From Chiloscyllium plagiosum (taxonomy: Eukaryota), in NCBI RefSeq assembly GCF_004010195.1, contig NC_057749.1, positions 9,594,572 to 9,658,571 on the forward strand: a stretch of DNA of 64,000 nucleotides. The letters run 5' to 3'. The notes under the pieces are model-generated. The model ran no database searches. It had not been told where the DNA came from and saw only the letters and a list, made by a program, of their open reading frames with translations. Shown one piece after another: positions 38,440 to 50,285 of the stretch. The number at the start of each line of letters is the position of its first letter. Position 1 is the stretch's first letter. A program made the position numbers and the translations under genes.

Positions 38440-39757
38440 TGAGGTGATGAGGAGGGAGGTTTCAGTCCTTTTCCTTGTGTAAGGACTATGTCCTTTTATT
38501 TTTGGGTTTTCTTTTATAAAACTTTGGACTGAAATTAAAAAAAAAGAACTGTTTTAAAACTAGTGTTTGGCTAGAAGTAATTGAAGAATTGGAACAGAGG
38601 GGATGCAACCTTTGTTGGCAACAAGACTAGTGACCAGTTATGAATCACAGAGACATTTTTGCCTGCTAACAGCTGTGTGATTGGTTCTCAGGTAAATGGA
38701 CAGTTTTAAACTGGGAACAAGTTACAGAGACAGAGAAGCGTTCAGAACTTCCCAGTTTGGGAGTGGTCTCCCCATTCTCTGCAATCAAAATGCACTGTAA
38801 ACCTGAGGAAAACCAGTTTATCTTTAATCCAAAAGTTGCTGTGTACTGTGTCTTTTAAGTGATAAATCAGAGACTTTTTAATCAGTGAACCAGCTGCTTT
38901 GTGTCTCTTACCAACCATCCGGAGAAAGACGATTAAATAAATGTGTTGACAAAGACGAAAATCATAAAGATCATCTCAACAACAGAACCTGACAACAAAG
39001 ATTATGAACTGTCTTTCCACTTTCTCCCTCTCTCTGCCTATCATCTATTTTACCATATCTGTACGTACATGTGTGTGTGTATAAGGGGGTCTTTATAAGG
39101 GAATTTGAGATGAAATTCACGACAATGCAGTGGCTTTAAGAGGTTATTTTGATCTTTTTTTCCTTTTGAAGAGAGGTTTAAGGCAGAGGTGCTGAGCAGT
39201 CTACCAGAATCACTGGAGTAAACAGCTTGTAAGGCCTTAGGTTTTTTTTCCCTAAAATAGAACAATAGAAGCAGCCTGATTGGGTGTGGTCAAACCCCCA
39301 CAGAACCAGGAACTTTAGCTTAGCTTTCAGCATTTGCTGTTGGGGTCTTGAAGAGGAGGAAGTCCCCCCCCCCGCCGCACTCACCACCCCCTTGGTCACA
39401 GGGGGTTCTCTGTCTGTGATAGGAGTTGCATTTGAGACAGTCTGTGTTCTGAATTTGTTTTTTGCCAAGGGGTGTGTTTATGCAATATTACTACATTGGA
39501 ACAGATAATTAGTAATAGTTACTTATCTATTATTCTGTTAAGTTTTCCAATAGAGCTGAGTTATTCTAATTTCTTTTTTTGAGGCATTTTAACTATAGTG
39601 GATAAATAAAGGTATATTTTGCTGTAAATTCGGTAGTTTGACCAATCGAATTGCACCTGGAACCCAACATCTTGGATTTACCTTTAAAATAAGAAAAATA
39701 ATTAGCGTATAGACTAACTTCTGAATATTTTGAGGGGGTTTGGTGTGGTCCATAACA
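38440..39757 (+). mobile_element. Long solo LTR related to the 32417 element
   Basis: Ends ggtccataaca like 33254. Shared aataaa..gaccaa..tattttgagggg block. Possible TSD agtt/aatt. Confidence 0.6.
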
Positions 39758-39847
39758 AATTAGTAATGTTATATACTGACATTTTATGACTATTGACTTG
39801 TAGCTGGAGTCTTGTAATAATCGGTGATTCTTCTTCACTACACATAC

Positions 39848-39990
39848 CTGGTCCATGTTCTCGATCAACCTGGGCCTGAAATCAGGCAGAATGGGGAACT
39901 CTGGGTAATTTATCAGATCTTTAATGTTTGTGACATCTCCAGGGATAGTGGGTCTGAATTTCCAGTATGCTACTCCAGGGCCTCCTAACA
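39848..39990 (-). pseudogene. Exon 8: LGGPGVAYWKFRPTIPGDVTNIKDLINYPEFPILPDFRPRLIENMDQ
   Basis: tcttttcccaag acceptor, CAG|gtatgt donor, 143 nt, phase 1 to 0. GV.....P.I.G.......L.N pattern as in the recalled CACHD1 VWA end. Confidence 0.8.
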
Positions 39991-40047
39991 CTTGGGAAAA
40001 GATTACTGAGATCAGTAAATCCACTGGGTAATGACTGGCTTAATACC

Positions 40048-40620
40048 ATAAAAACAATGACTGCAAATGCTGAAAACTAGAGTCTAGATTAGAGTGGTGC
40101 TGGAAAAGCACAGCAGTTCAGGCAGCATCTGAGGAGCAGTAAAATCGACGTTTCGGGCAAAAGCCCTTGATCAGGAATACAGGCAGAGAGCCTGAAGGGT
40201 GGAGAGATAAGTGAGAGGAGGGTGGGAGTGGGGCGAAAATAGCATAGAGTGAGTGGGGGAGGGGATGAAGGTGATAGGTCAGGAAGGAGGGTGGAGTGGA
40301 TAGGTGGGAAGGAAGATAGGCAGGTAGGACAAGTCATGGGGACAGCGCTGAGCTAGAAGCTTGGAACTGGGGTGAGGTGGGGGAAGGGGAAATGTGGAAA
40401 CTGTTGAAGTCCACATTGATGCCCTGGGGTTGAAGTGTTCCGAGGCGGAAGATGAGNNNNNNNNNNNNCCCCACCCCCACCCTCCTCTCACTTATCTCTC
40501 CACCATTCAGGCTCTCTGCCTGTATTCCTGATCAAGGGCTTTTGCCCGAAACATTGATTTTACTTCTCCTCGGATGCTGCCTGAACTGCTGTGCTTTTCC
40601 AGCACCACTCTAATCTAGAC
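40048..40620. mobile_element. Penelope-like element with inverted terminal arms spanning an assembly gap (N at 40457-40468)
   Basis: 40083-40235 is inverted at 40469-40620. GIY-YIG C-terminal remnant on the minus strand. Confidence 0.85.
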
Positions 40621-41182
40621 CCATATCTTTAATACCTTCAGTGGGATGAAGCGTAGCCATCCCACATAAATAGAACTTCCCACAGTGCCTTACAGTAGAG
40701 GGCATTAAAACAGTAAACCAGAGAGAAATTGCAAGAGGTGAATTGCAAGAGAGTTTAAGAAAACATTTAAAAGATTGAATTGGGAGGTCAGTAAAGAGGT
40801 AGCAAGGTGAAGAGGTTCACTATATGAGAAGAAATGTTATGAGAATTCTCAGTCACTAACTGTCCCACAAAACAGCTACCAGCTATAGCAGGCACCCAGT
40901 GTTGTTAACATCTAGTCAGTGCAAGCTTTATTTGGTGTTTCTCAAGGGTTAACATGTTTTCATGCATGACAGAAGTTGCCTGTATGGGCTTTCTTGTTTG
41001 AGATCACATTTAGACATCAAGGTACAAAATTAAAATCCTTGTTTTCATTGGACTGGTGAAAGTAACCATTAGCTGTAATAATGTATTTGGCTCCAATCCA
41101 TTCCCATTTCACCAAGCTAGGTCAACTGTTCAACTGCTGAATAAGCATCTTTTTTATATAAAAGAACAGCATTGCATATTTG

Positions 41183-41229
41183 TGAGTGAGTGAGTGAGTG
41201 AGTGAGTGAGAGAGAGAGAGAGAGAGAGT

Positions 41230-41264
<35 letters not shown>
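41183..41264 (+). repeat. (GAGT)n-(GA)n microsatellite
   Basis: Direct reading. Confidence 0.95.
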
Positions 41265-41266
<2 letters not shown>

Positions 41267-41877
41267 TGTCAATTGATGGATACCCATCATTTTGCCTATT
41301 CATCATTCCCACAGGCAAGAATATACAGTATAACCTTGCTGTCCTTATGGAAACACTGTGGCTACAAGATTAGATCAGAGATGAGGAATTCTGCTTCTGT
41401 GTGGGACATACACATCAATATGTGTTATTTGTTTCATTAGAAACCCCCCGATACAACATTATGGAAATTCTAAATTGAAGACGACCCTTGGCTATAAAAG
41501 CGTAGGTTTTCAAACTACTTGCACACCTGAAGCTAAAGATGCCAGAACACAATTCTGTTCACCACCAGATTTCCAGGTTTCTTTTCGATCAGTGATTAGA
41601 GTTCACTGGGACTAACTGTATTCACCTGCTAGGTCATAACTGGGGATTTATTCATATTCATGTATATTAGAGTAGACTGAAAGAGGGGGCATTAGATGAA
41701 GGTGAATGATAATGCAATGTGTGACTTCATAAATAAACGCTTATCTGTGTACAACCACACTCCAGTTCTAACCTTTAAAGTGTGGATATTGTAGTCTAGC
41801 CATGATAGCTGAATTCAGTTTCTGGATACCTCTGTGAATAAGTTTGTTAGGACTATAACATTGCTGTCTTTATATAA

Positions 41878-42475
41878 ATACTGTGGCTATAAGATTTGAT
41901 TAGAGACGGGGAATTCTATAGTGGATTTCTTACCTCGTGACTCCTCAGTGTCTATCCATCATCTAAAAGTCAGGTAGGGAGTGTGATGGAATGCACTTAC
42001 CTGAATGGATGCAGCTTAGAAAACACTCAAGAAGCTCAACACCATCCAAGACAAAGCAACCCACTTGTTTGACATCACATCAGTATTCACCTTCAATATT
42101 CAATCCTCCCACCACAATTCTCAGTGGCAAAACTGTGTTTCATCTACAAGATGCACTGGAAAAGCTCGCCAAGACCTGTTCAATAGTGCCTACCAAATCC
42201 ATGACCCTCATCATCTCAGAGTGCAAGGGTAACAGACATATAGGAACACCACCACCTACAAGTTCCCCTCCAAGCTGCTGACCACTCTGATTTGGAAATA
42301 TAACACCATTTCTTCACCGTTGCTGGGTCAAAATCCTGGGATGTCCTCTCTGACAGCACTATGGTTGTATCTGCAGAACAAGGACTGCAGTGATTCAAGA
42401 AGGCATCTCACCATAAACTTCTGAAAGTGAACTAAAGATAGACATCAAATGCCCACATCCCATCAATTAATAAAC
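41878..42475 (+). mobile_element. Old CR1/L2-clade LINE 3' part (related copies at 45520-46090 - and 61150-61700 -)
   Basis: QVGSVME and TIQDKA motifs, ttcaagaaggca..caccat tail. Confidence 0.75.
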
Positions 42476-42952
42476 AAAAAGGCTTTGTCTTTTGCAAGTT
42501 CTGGTTTATTTTGTCTGTCGCAAACTTCGTTAGAGGTTCCGCCAGATAGATAGAATTGAAAAACCACTGCTACAAAGAGATGAGAGGAAATGTTTCACAG
42601 CCACAGGGAGAAAGGAATTGCACCTCGTGCCCATCTGAATTTGAAAGGTGTTAACCAAGTAAGACTTTTCATGTAAACTAACCCCAAAAGTGTCCAAATT
42701 GAAGTATTGGCTCTTGCCTGCTGGTACATGATTTAATTCCTAGTCCTGCCTCTCATTGACAGGTGGGTTGTTCGTTGCTTTGTATCACTGCAGTCTGATA
42801 ATACAGTACTTTAATAGGATGGGAGTGTTAAAATGGATAACATTTTCTGTAAACAGTTACATCTGATTCCTGCACTGGAGAAGTAACAATGTACAATGGG
42901 TGTTATGTTTGAAACATTGTGGTGCTGTGGGGAGTTCTGCAGTAAAAATTAC

Positions 42953-43025
42953 ATCTATCCTTTGTCCTTGGGGTGAGATAGTTAACTGAAAGCCCTTTAC
43001 AATCAATGAGGTATTTTTGTACATC
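42953..43025 (-). pseudogene. Exon 7: DVQKYLIDCKGLSVNYLTPRTKDR
   Basis: cctcag acceptor, gtaatt donor, 73 nt, phase 0 to 1, joins exons 6 and 8 in frame. Confidence 0.7.
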
Positions 43026-43109
43026 CTGAGGTTGTGAAATATACGAGATAAATGCAAGTCGTTTTCTATGTAATAGAGTTGTTACACTATAGGAATGAGG
43101 GCTTGTTTA

Positions 43110-43722
43110 AGAACAGTCTAAGAATAAAGGGTAAACCATTCAGGACTGAGAGGAGGAAGAATTTCTTTACTCAGAGAATGTGGGGAATTCTCTCCTACAG
43201 GAAGCTGTTGGGGCCAGTTCGTTCGATATATTCAAGAGGGAGTTGATGTGGCTCTTGTGGCTAAAGGGATCAAGGGATATGGAGAGAAAGCAGAAGTGGG
43301 ATCTAAAATCTAAATTTGGGTGGCACGGTGGCACAGTGGTTAGCACTGCTGCCTCACAGCGCCAGAGACCCGGGTTCAATTCCCGCCTCAGGCGACTGAC
43401 TGACTGTGTGGAGTTTGCACATTCTCCCCGTGTCTGCATGGGTTTCGTCCGGGTGCTCCGGTTTCCTCCCACAGTCGAAAGATGTGCAGGTCAGGTGAAT
43501 TGGCCATGCTAAATTGCCCGTAGCCTTAGGTTAGGGGTACATGTAAGGGTGGGTTGCGCTTCGGCGGGGAGGTGTGGACTTGTTGGGCCGAAGGGCCTGT
43601 TTCCACACTGTAAGTAATCTAATCTAATCTAATCTAAAAAAAAAATTGCATGATCAGCCATGGTGGGGCAGGCTTAAAGGGCCGAATGGCCTACTTCTGC
43701 ACCTATTTTCTTTATTTCTATG
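43110..43722 (+). mobile_element. CR1 3' end with a nested full-length HE1 SINE (43318-43636)
   Basis: RKNFFTQR, SINE A/B boxes and (taatc)n tail. Confidence 0.88.
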
Positions 43723-43804
43723 TTTAAAGATATACCGTTTTCAATGCTGAAGTATACTAATGACTCTGCACTGGTCTCTAATCATGCCCTTCTGTTTTTT
43801 ATAC

Positions 43805-43862
43805 TGTAGTTCTTGGGTCAATGTGGATGTCATATGCCACAAATACAAAAGCTGTGATATAT
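43805..43862 (-). pseudogene. Exon 6 (VWA beta5): YITAFVFVAYDIHIDPRTT
   Basis: gttgcag acceptor, gtataa donor, 58 nt, phase 2 to 0. Confidence 0.65.
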
Positions 43863-44569
43863 CTGCAACGACCAGATAATACATGCTATTAAAGAGCAGA
43901 TGGTAAAAAAATATTCTGCACTGCAAATTGATAAAGATCATCTCCCACTGTTAACAAAATTGTTCTCAACCAACTCTAATGGGGTATTTTGCTCTGAGAG
44001 TTTTGCGGGTCATCAGACACTGAAAATGTCAACCTTTTAAACATCTGTGTATTATTAAAAACTGGGACAAGACAGCCAATTTCTGCTCACTTGCTGTGTC
44101 TTTTAAGTCAACATTTACCATTCCTATGTCAACATTTCCCATACAGTTTCACTTTGAGCACCAGCACAGATTAGCTGTAGGTTCTGGACATTAGGTGGCA
44201 CTATGGGGCAGGTTTTTGAAGTCCCTCTTCCAACTCTTATCGCCACCGAGAGTCATTTACTAGGAACAAAATTGGACACCTGCTGAAAAAAGACACCTTT
44301 GGTCAAAGGTTTTCAAGCTTCACTCAAATATTTGTAATGACAGTATTCACAGACAGAAAGAACATATACACACTTCGTACCTGTTTCAACGTAACAAAAT
44401 AAGTGACAACAATTCTGTAGTATATTCCTGGTTTAAATTTAAACAAAGCTTGGCAGTGAACTGTCTGCCATCATCTAAAATGTACATTCTCCCTTGAATT
44501 GTCTACTAATCAGAGCCCACTTTCTAACCAATTGGCATTCTCTTTTCATACAGTATAAAACATTCCCCT

Positions 44570-44923
44570 AGCCCGGGTGTCTCTGGAGAAGGAGTACGCG
44601 GTGTCCACCAACACCCTTGAGCTATTCAGGGAGAGGTGGGCACTGCAGGAAGTGGAGTGCATTATTTCCCTGTCCAATTCTACTTTGATTTAACTCCTGC
44701 CCTACCCTTCACTGTTTGATCACAGCATTATCCTTTGATGTGAAGGGCACTGCTTGTCACTGGCCACTTGGGTGTTTCCTTTCTTCCTGGTGGTGGGAAT
44801 TGAATAAAGATTTGTACACCTTATGTCTTTCACTGTGTCCCACACCTGCACACACACAACATGGGTGCTGGGGAGAAAATAAGCACTACCGCAGTTAGGT
44901 AGTAAAGAAAAATTTTTTTTTAA
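44570..44923 (+). mobile_element. 5'-truncated L1/Tx1-clade LINE
   Basis: ARVSLEKEY..FRERW ORF end, A-rich tail, 13-bp TSD aaaacattcccct at 44557-44569 and 44924-44936. Confidence 0.75.
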
Positions 44924-46529
44924 AAAACATTCCCCTCTCCATGGGTATTCTTCTGAATGTCACAGAGATGTTCAGCATAGAAAAAGACCTTTCGGTCCAA
45001 CTCATCCATGCTGACCAGATATCCTAACCTGATATAGTCCCATTTGCCAGCACTTGACTCATACCCCTCTCAACCCTTCCTATTCATATACCAATCCATA
45101 CATACAAGACAAAAGCTTCAACAAATAGTCTCCAACACTCTGTCATGACCATTAGAAATAGAGGGCGGAATCTAATATAGTTTTTTTCAAAGTGCGAGTT
45201 GCGTCCAGTTTTCTGGAAAGATTTTCACAAGGCCTAATGGAATTTCTCAGTGTCACTACCTGTCCTGCCCACAGCAACCCTCGTGTCCAATTCTAGCTCC
45301 ATCTTACCATGCACTGTTCCCAGAACAACTCGCCACTCACCAGATATCCACCAGAGGATCAGCCTCCCTTGTACCTGCGCCATCTTTGAAGGGTCTCTGT
45401 AGACCCAGATTAGAGTTGGCAGTCACTGGCAGGATAGTGGCATTCCAGCCACAAAGCTACGCTGCCCACATCACATAACCGCAGAACTGGTGTTCCCTTA
45501 CACGTACAACCCCAGTCTTTCTTCATTCATCTGTGGGATGTGGGCATCACTGGTGGGTGATCAATTATTGCCTATCCCTAATTGCCCTTGAGACGATGGT
45601 GTTGAGCTGGCCTTTTGAACTGTTGACCCACAGTGCTGTTTGAGAGGGAAATCCAGGATTCTGACTTAGCAACACTGAAGGAACGCAATGTATTTCCAAG
45701 TCAGGATGGTGAGTGGCTTGGAAGGGAACTTGCAGGTGGTGGTAATCCCATGTATCGCTGCCCTTGTCCTTCTAGATGGAAGTGGTCATAAGTTTGGAAG
45801 GTGCTGTCTAAGGATCTTTGGTGAATCTGCAGTGCATCCTGTAGATAGTGCACATTGCTGCTACTGAGCGTCGGTGGTGGAGGGTGTGGGTGTGGTGTCA
45901 GCCTGGTGGATTGCTTTTGTCCAAATGATGTTAAGCTTCTTGATTGTTGTTGGTGCTGCACTCATCCAGGCAAGTGGGGCATGTTCTGTCACACCCCAGA
46001 CTTGAGCCTTGGAAGTGGTGGACAAGCTTCAGGGAGTTGGGGGTGAGTTATTTGCTGCAGGATTTCTAGCTTCTGTCCTGCACTTGTAGCCTCACCCTAG
46101 TTGTTGTTTAACCACCAGACGGCACAATCTATGTCCTTAGATACATCCTGTCTCTTGTCCAGTTGGGTACATCACATTCGGAGAGCAATCAAACACGTCC
46201 AAACATGAGCTTCTGTTGACAGCCAGCAAAAGAGAACACAAAGGAAATGGATACAGGTTGCAGTTTGCTCTCACAATGCCAACCAAACACTGGCATCTTG
46301 ACCCAGACAGTCCATGATGGTCCTCTGCATCCAGCTTCCATCTGGTTGTTAGTCGGGCCAGGTCCTGTCGACCTAGTAACATCAGCTGATCAGCTGAGCT
46401 GTCATCCGTGAGGAGTACCTCCTCCGGTCACTGTCCACAGCCTTCACCTGGGAAGATTACTCCCTATCACCTGGCTCCTCGATTCAATCACCTCATCTTG
46501 ACGTCTACTCCAATTGTGTGGAGCACAGT

Positions 46530-46852
46530 GGGCGGCACGGTGGCACAGTAGTTAGCACTGCAGCCTCACAGCGCCAGAGACCCAGGTTCAATTCCTGCCT
46601 CAGGCAACTGTCTGTGTGGAGATTGCACATTCTCCCTGAGTCTGCGTGGGTTTCCTCCGGGTGCTCCGGTTTCCTCCCACAATCCAAAAATGAGCAGGTT
46701 AGGTGAATTAGCCATGCTAAATTGCCTGTAATGTTAGGTGAAGGGATAAATGTAGGGGAATGGGTCTGGGTGGGTTGCTGTTCAGAGAGTCGGTGTGGAC
46801 TTGTTGGGCCGAAGGGCCTGTTTCCACATTGTAAGTAATTAATCTAATCTAA
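46530..46852 (+). mobile_element. Full-length HE1 SINE
   Basis: Head, V-domain and (taatc)n tail. Confidence 0.9.
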
Positions 46853-46859
46853 GAACAGT

Positions 46860-47170
46860 GCTCTAAGATGGTGCAGCAAAATCTGTCTGGACCAGACTGC
46901 AGGGCATCACCTAGACTGGTCCAGGTTGCAGAACCAGAACTACAGCAGTCCCACCACCTGCTCCACCATGACCCTGGTCACTTGGTGAGTGACCAACACA
47001 TTTCATTGAAAAGGGAGTGCCTGCTAGGCTTTGTCTGCCTAACCACCCCACAGCCACATAAACCATTCCCTTTCGCATTGCGCTTATTTGAACCCATCCT
47101 CAAGTTTACATGATGCAGCGGTGTTTCCCTAGGAAGTTGACCAAGTGATCGGGGCTTTTGAACCAGCATT
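46860..47170 (-). mobile_element. PIF/Harbinger transposase remnant
   Basis: TRVMVEQVVGLL*FWFCNLD..ALQSGP resembles HARBI1-type TRxxIExxxGxLKxRFRCLD..LQYSP. Confidence 0.7.
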
Positions 47171-47474
47171 CCTCAAAGGCATCTGGATGGGTATATGAAT
47201 AGGAAAGGTTCGGATGGATATGGGCCGGGTGCTGGCAGGCGGGACTAGATTGGGTTGAGAATATCTGGTCGGAGTGGACAAGTTGGACTGAACGATCTGT
47301 TTCCATGCTGTACATCTCTATGACTCGAAGTCAGTTATTGCTGCTAATGTCTGCATCACTGCGATGACAATATTTTGCTAGCACCAATTGCCATTGACCA
47401 ATGTTTGACACAGCTTTATGTTCATTTTGCATGCATTATGTATGTGCAAAGAAAGGTTTGCAAATGCTTCTTTA

Positions 47475-47832
47475 GCTGTACAGGGTCCTGGTGAGACCAC
47501 ACCTGGAGTACTGCGTGCAGTTCTGGTCTCCAAATTTGAGGAAAGACATTCTGGCTATTGAGGGAGTGCAGCGTAGGTTCACGAGGTCAATTCCTGGAAT
47601 GCCAGAGAGTGGTGGCTGTGTGGAATGCTCTGCCCCAGAGGGCAGTGGAGGCCCAGTCTCTGGATTCATTTAAGAAAGAGTTGGATAGAGCTCTCAAAGA
47701 TAGTGGAATCAAGGGTTATGGAGATAAGGCAGGAACAGGATACTGATTAGGAATGATCAGCCATGATCATGTTGAATGGTGGTGCAGGCTCGTAGGGCTG
47801 AATGGCCTACTCCTGCATCTATTGTCTATTGA
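47475..47832 (+). mobile_element. Young CR1 3' fragment with internal deletion
   Basis: [31 protein letters not shown] fused to [10 protein letters not shown]. Confidence 0.9.
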
Positions 47833-48000
47833 AACGTAGCTGGACTTTACAAACCCATGATGTCCTGGTGCCCAGCAGATGTGGATCCAGCGATTTTACC
47901 AGCGAATGACATTGACTGCACTACCCTGTGTTGTCTGAGCCATTTTCAGTTGCATTGAGCATCTAGAGAATGACACGTAATGGCTGGGGACATAGCTTGT

Positions 48001-48337
48001 GGGCAGCATAGTGGCACAGTGGTTAGCACCTCACAACACAGGGAACCCAAGTTTGATTCCACCCTCAGCTGACTGTGTGGAGTTTGCACATATTCCCCAT
48101 TCTGCATGGGTTTCCACCAGGTGCTTTTGTCTCCTCCCACAAGTGAAAGGTATGCAAGTTAGGTGAATTGGCTGTGCTAAATTGCCCATAGTTTTCAGGG
48201 ATGTGCAGGCTAAGTGGATTGTCCATGGGAGATGTGGGATACAGGGATGATGTGGGTCTGGAAGGTATGTTCGTTGGTGGGTCGGTGTGGACCTAATGGG
48301 CTGAATGGCCTACTTTCCTACTGTAGGGATCCTATGA
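48001..48337 (+). mobile_element. HE1 SINE
   Basis: Head, V-domain and tail. Confidence 0.8.
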
Positions 48338-48822
48338 ACACCAGGCCTGCCTGACCTTCAAGTGCCACACTCCTCCAGCTCTCCCTCTGTTAAAGTATCC
48401 GAAGATGCAACAGCAGTATTGTCATACAATAACACGGAAGGAAATTTGGAGACAGGTATCCAAAAGCTCAGTTAATGATTTAGGCTTTAAAAGGACCATC
48501 TTAAATGAGGTGAATTGTGGAGGAGGAGAGGCTTAGGGAGGGAATACTAGAACGTACACAGCTGAAGACATGGCTGACCCAAAGGGCTGGTGTAGAAAAT
48601 TGGGAATGCCCCATGGTTGGGGAGAGGAGGGGGAGCAGTATTTGTGGACGGTGTGAGAAGATTGCCAAGATGAGTAGATGGAGGGATTTCAAATTGTGTC
48701 CCCACGACATTCGGCCTGTGAGCCCCTGGATTACCTCAGGTCAATTCCACTGCATTCCTGTAACTCGGAAACAAAGGACTCAATCTTAATCCTCTTTGCT
48801 AATGCTAATGTGAAGACTTGAC

Positions 48823-49156
48823 CTCTCGATCCTATTGAAACAAATTTGTCTGATCTTTGCCAACTGGCCTCCTGATGCTGGTACATTTTCCCTGAATCAA
48901 CTGATTATAATCCTGAATGATTACATATGTCAACCTGAACTCTCAGGCTGGGGGATTAAGGATGCTGGGGAGGAGCTTAGGAGGTTGTGTTTTCATTGAT
49001 GGATTCTAAGGATAATATTAGCAGAATTGAAAATTTAATTGGAGGTATCAGCTCCCTGTTTTTTTCTGAGGAAATGGGGACTTTTCAGATCCAGCCTTCC
49101 TGTATTGATAAAAAGTGTGTTCCAATAGTTTTCTTGTTAACCAACTCCTGCTGCTT
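48823..49156 (-). pseudogene. Exon 5 remnant (mid-VWA), heavily frameshifted
   Basis: Fragments IFNSANIIL, DICNHS/IIIS (cf. CNxxIMLxxDG) and ENVPASGGQLAKIRQICFNRIE. AG|gtcaag donor is phase 2, matching the next exon. Confidence 0.5.
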
Positions 49157-49279
49157 CTTCAATGGACAATTAGTTAAACATGAAACAGTCCGAGTTACAC
49201 AAATGCACAATATTAGTCCTGTTTATTCTGGTGTTTCCTGATCACTTTCTATTAAAGACATCCTTTCATTAATCATGTA

Positions 49280-50285
49280 ATAAAACAAAAGAACTGCAGA
49301 TCTGAGACTAACAAAGAGAACACTGGAGAAACTCAGCAGGTCAGGCAGCATCTGTGGAGAGAGAAACAGAGTTAATGTTTCAAGTCCAGTGACCCTTCTT
49401 CAGAACTGATAGTTGCTAGGAAAAGGTAGGCATTTATGCTGATGACAGGGAAATGGCAGGGGGAAGGTGGGGGGAGGCGAAGATAAAGCAGATAGGTGGA
49501 GAGGAAGAAAGTTAGGCAGAGAAAGGGATGGTTGATAGTAAGCCTGAGGATTGGGATGATGAGAAGGTAAAAATGGGCTGGATGTGCTGAAAGCAGTCAA
49601 GATTAGAGTAGTGCTGGAAAAGCACAGCAGGTCAGGCAGCATCCGAGGAGCAGGAAAATCAACGTTTCAGGCAAAAGCCCTTCCTGGGCTTTTGCCTGAA
49701 ACGTCGATTTTCCTGCTCCCTGGATGCTGCCTGACCTGCTGTGCTTTTCCAGCTCTAATCTTGACTCTAATCTCCAGCATCTGCAGTACCCACTTTCGCC
49801 TGGGCTGAAAGCAGCCTACATCGTGACAGGACCTGGGGCACGAGACTGGGTAAAGCATTGTAGCTGGCTTGAAACAGAGATATTGGTCAGGGAACATGGT
49901 GACGTGTTGAAGTGACAGGCAAACAGGAAGCTCAGGGTCATTTTTATGGACAGAATGTGGATGTTCTGTAAAGCAGTCACTCAGTGTACAGGAGACCAGA
50001 TTGTGAGCAGCGAATAGAGTAGACTAGATTGAGTGAAGTGCAGATAAATCTCTGCTTCACCTGGAAGGTGTGTCTGGGGCCTTGGATAGTAAAAGGGAGA
50101 GTTAAACTGGCAGGGGTTATACCTTCTACGATGCACAGGAAGGTGCCTTGGGGGTATGCTTAGCTGTTGGGAATGGAGGAAGAGTGGACCAGGGTGTCCT
50201 GGAAGGAACAGTTCCTGTGAAATGCTGACAAAGGAGGGAAGGAGAGGGATATATCTGTCTGGTGGTGGCCTCACGCTAGAGGTGG
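49280..50285 (-). mobile_element. Penelope-like fragment containing a nested fold-back element (49597-49800)
   Basis: GIY-YIG region remnants. The nested element is flanked by gctgaaagcag (49586-49596 and 49804-49814). Confidence 0.82.

Noticed and set aside
40457..40468. Run of N
   Set aside because: Assembly gap, not a biological feature
43318..43390. tRNA-like A/B boxes, also at other SINE heads and at 57010-57072
   Set aside because: These are tRNA-derived SINE heads followed by V or Deu domains, with no complete cloverleaf
46141..46320. Plus-strand frame after a ccttag acceptor-like site (IHPVSCPVGYITFGE...)
   Set aside because: No donor and no partner exons. It lies within the probable Harbinger remnant.
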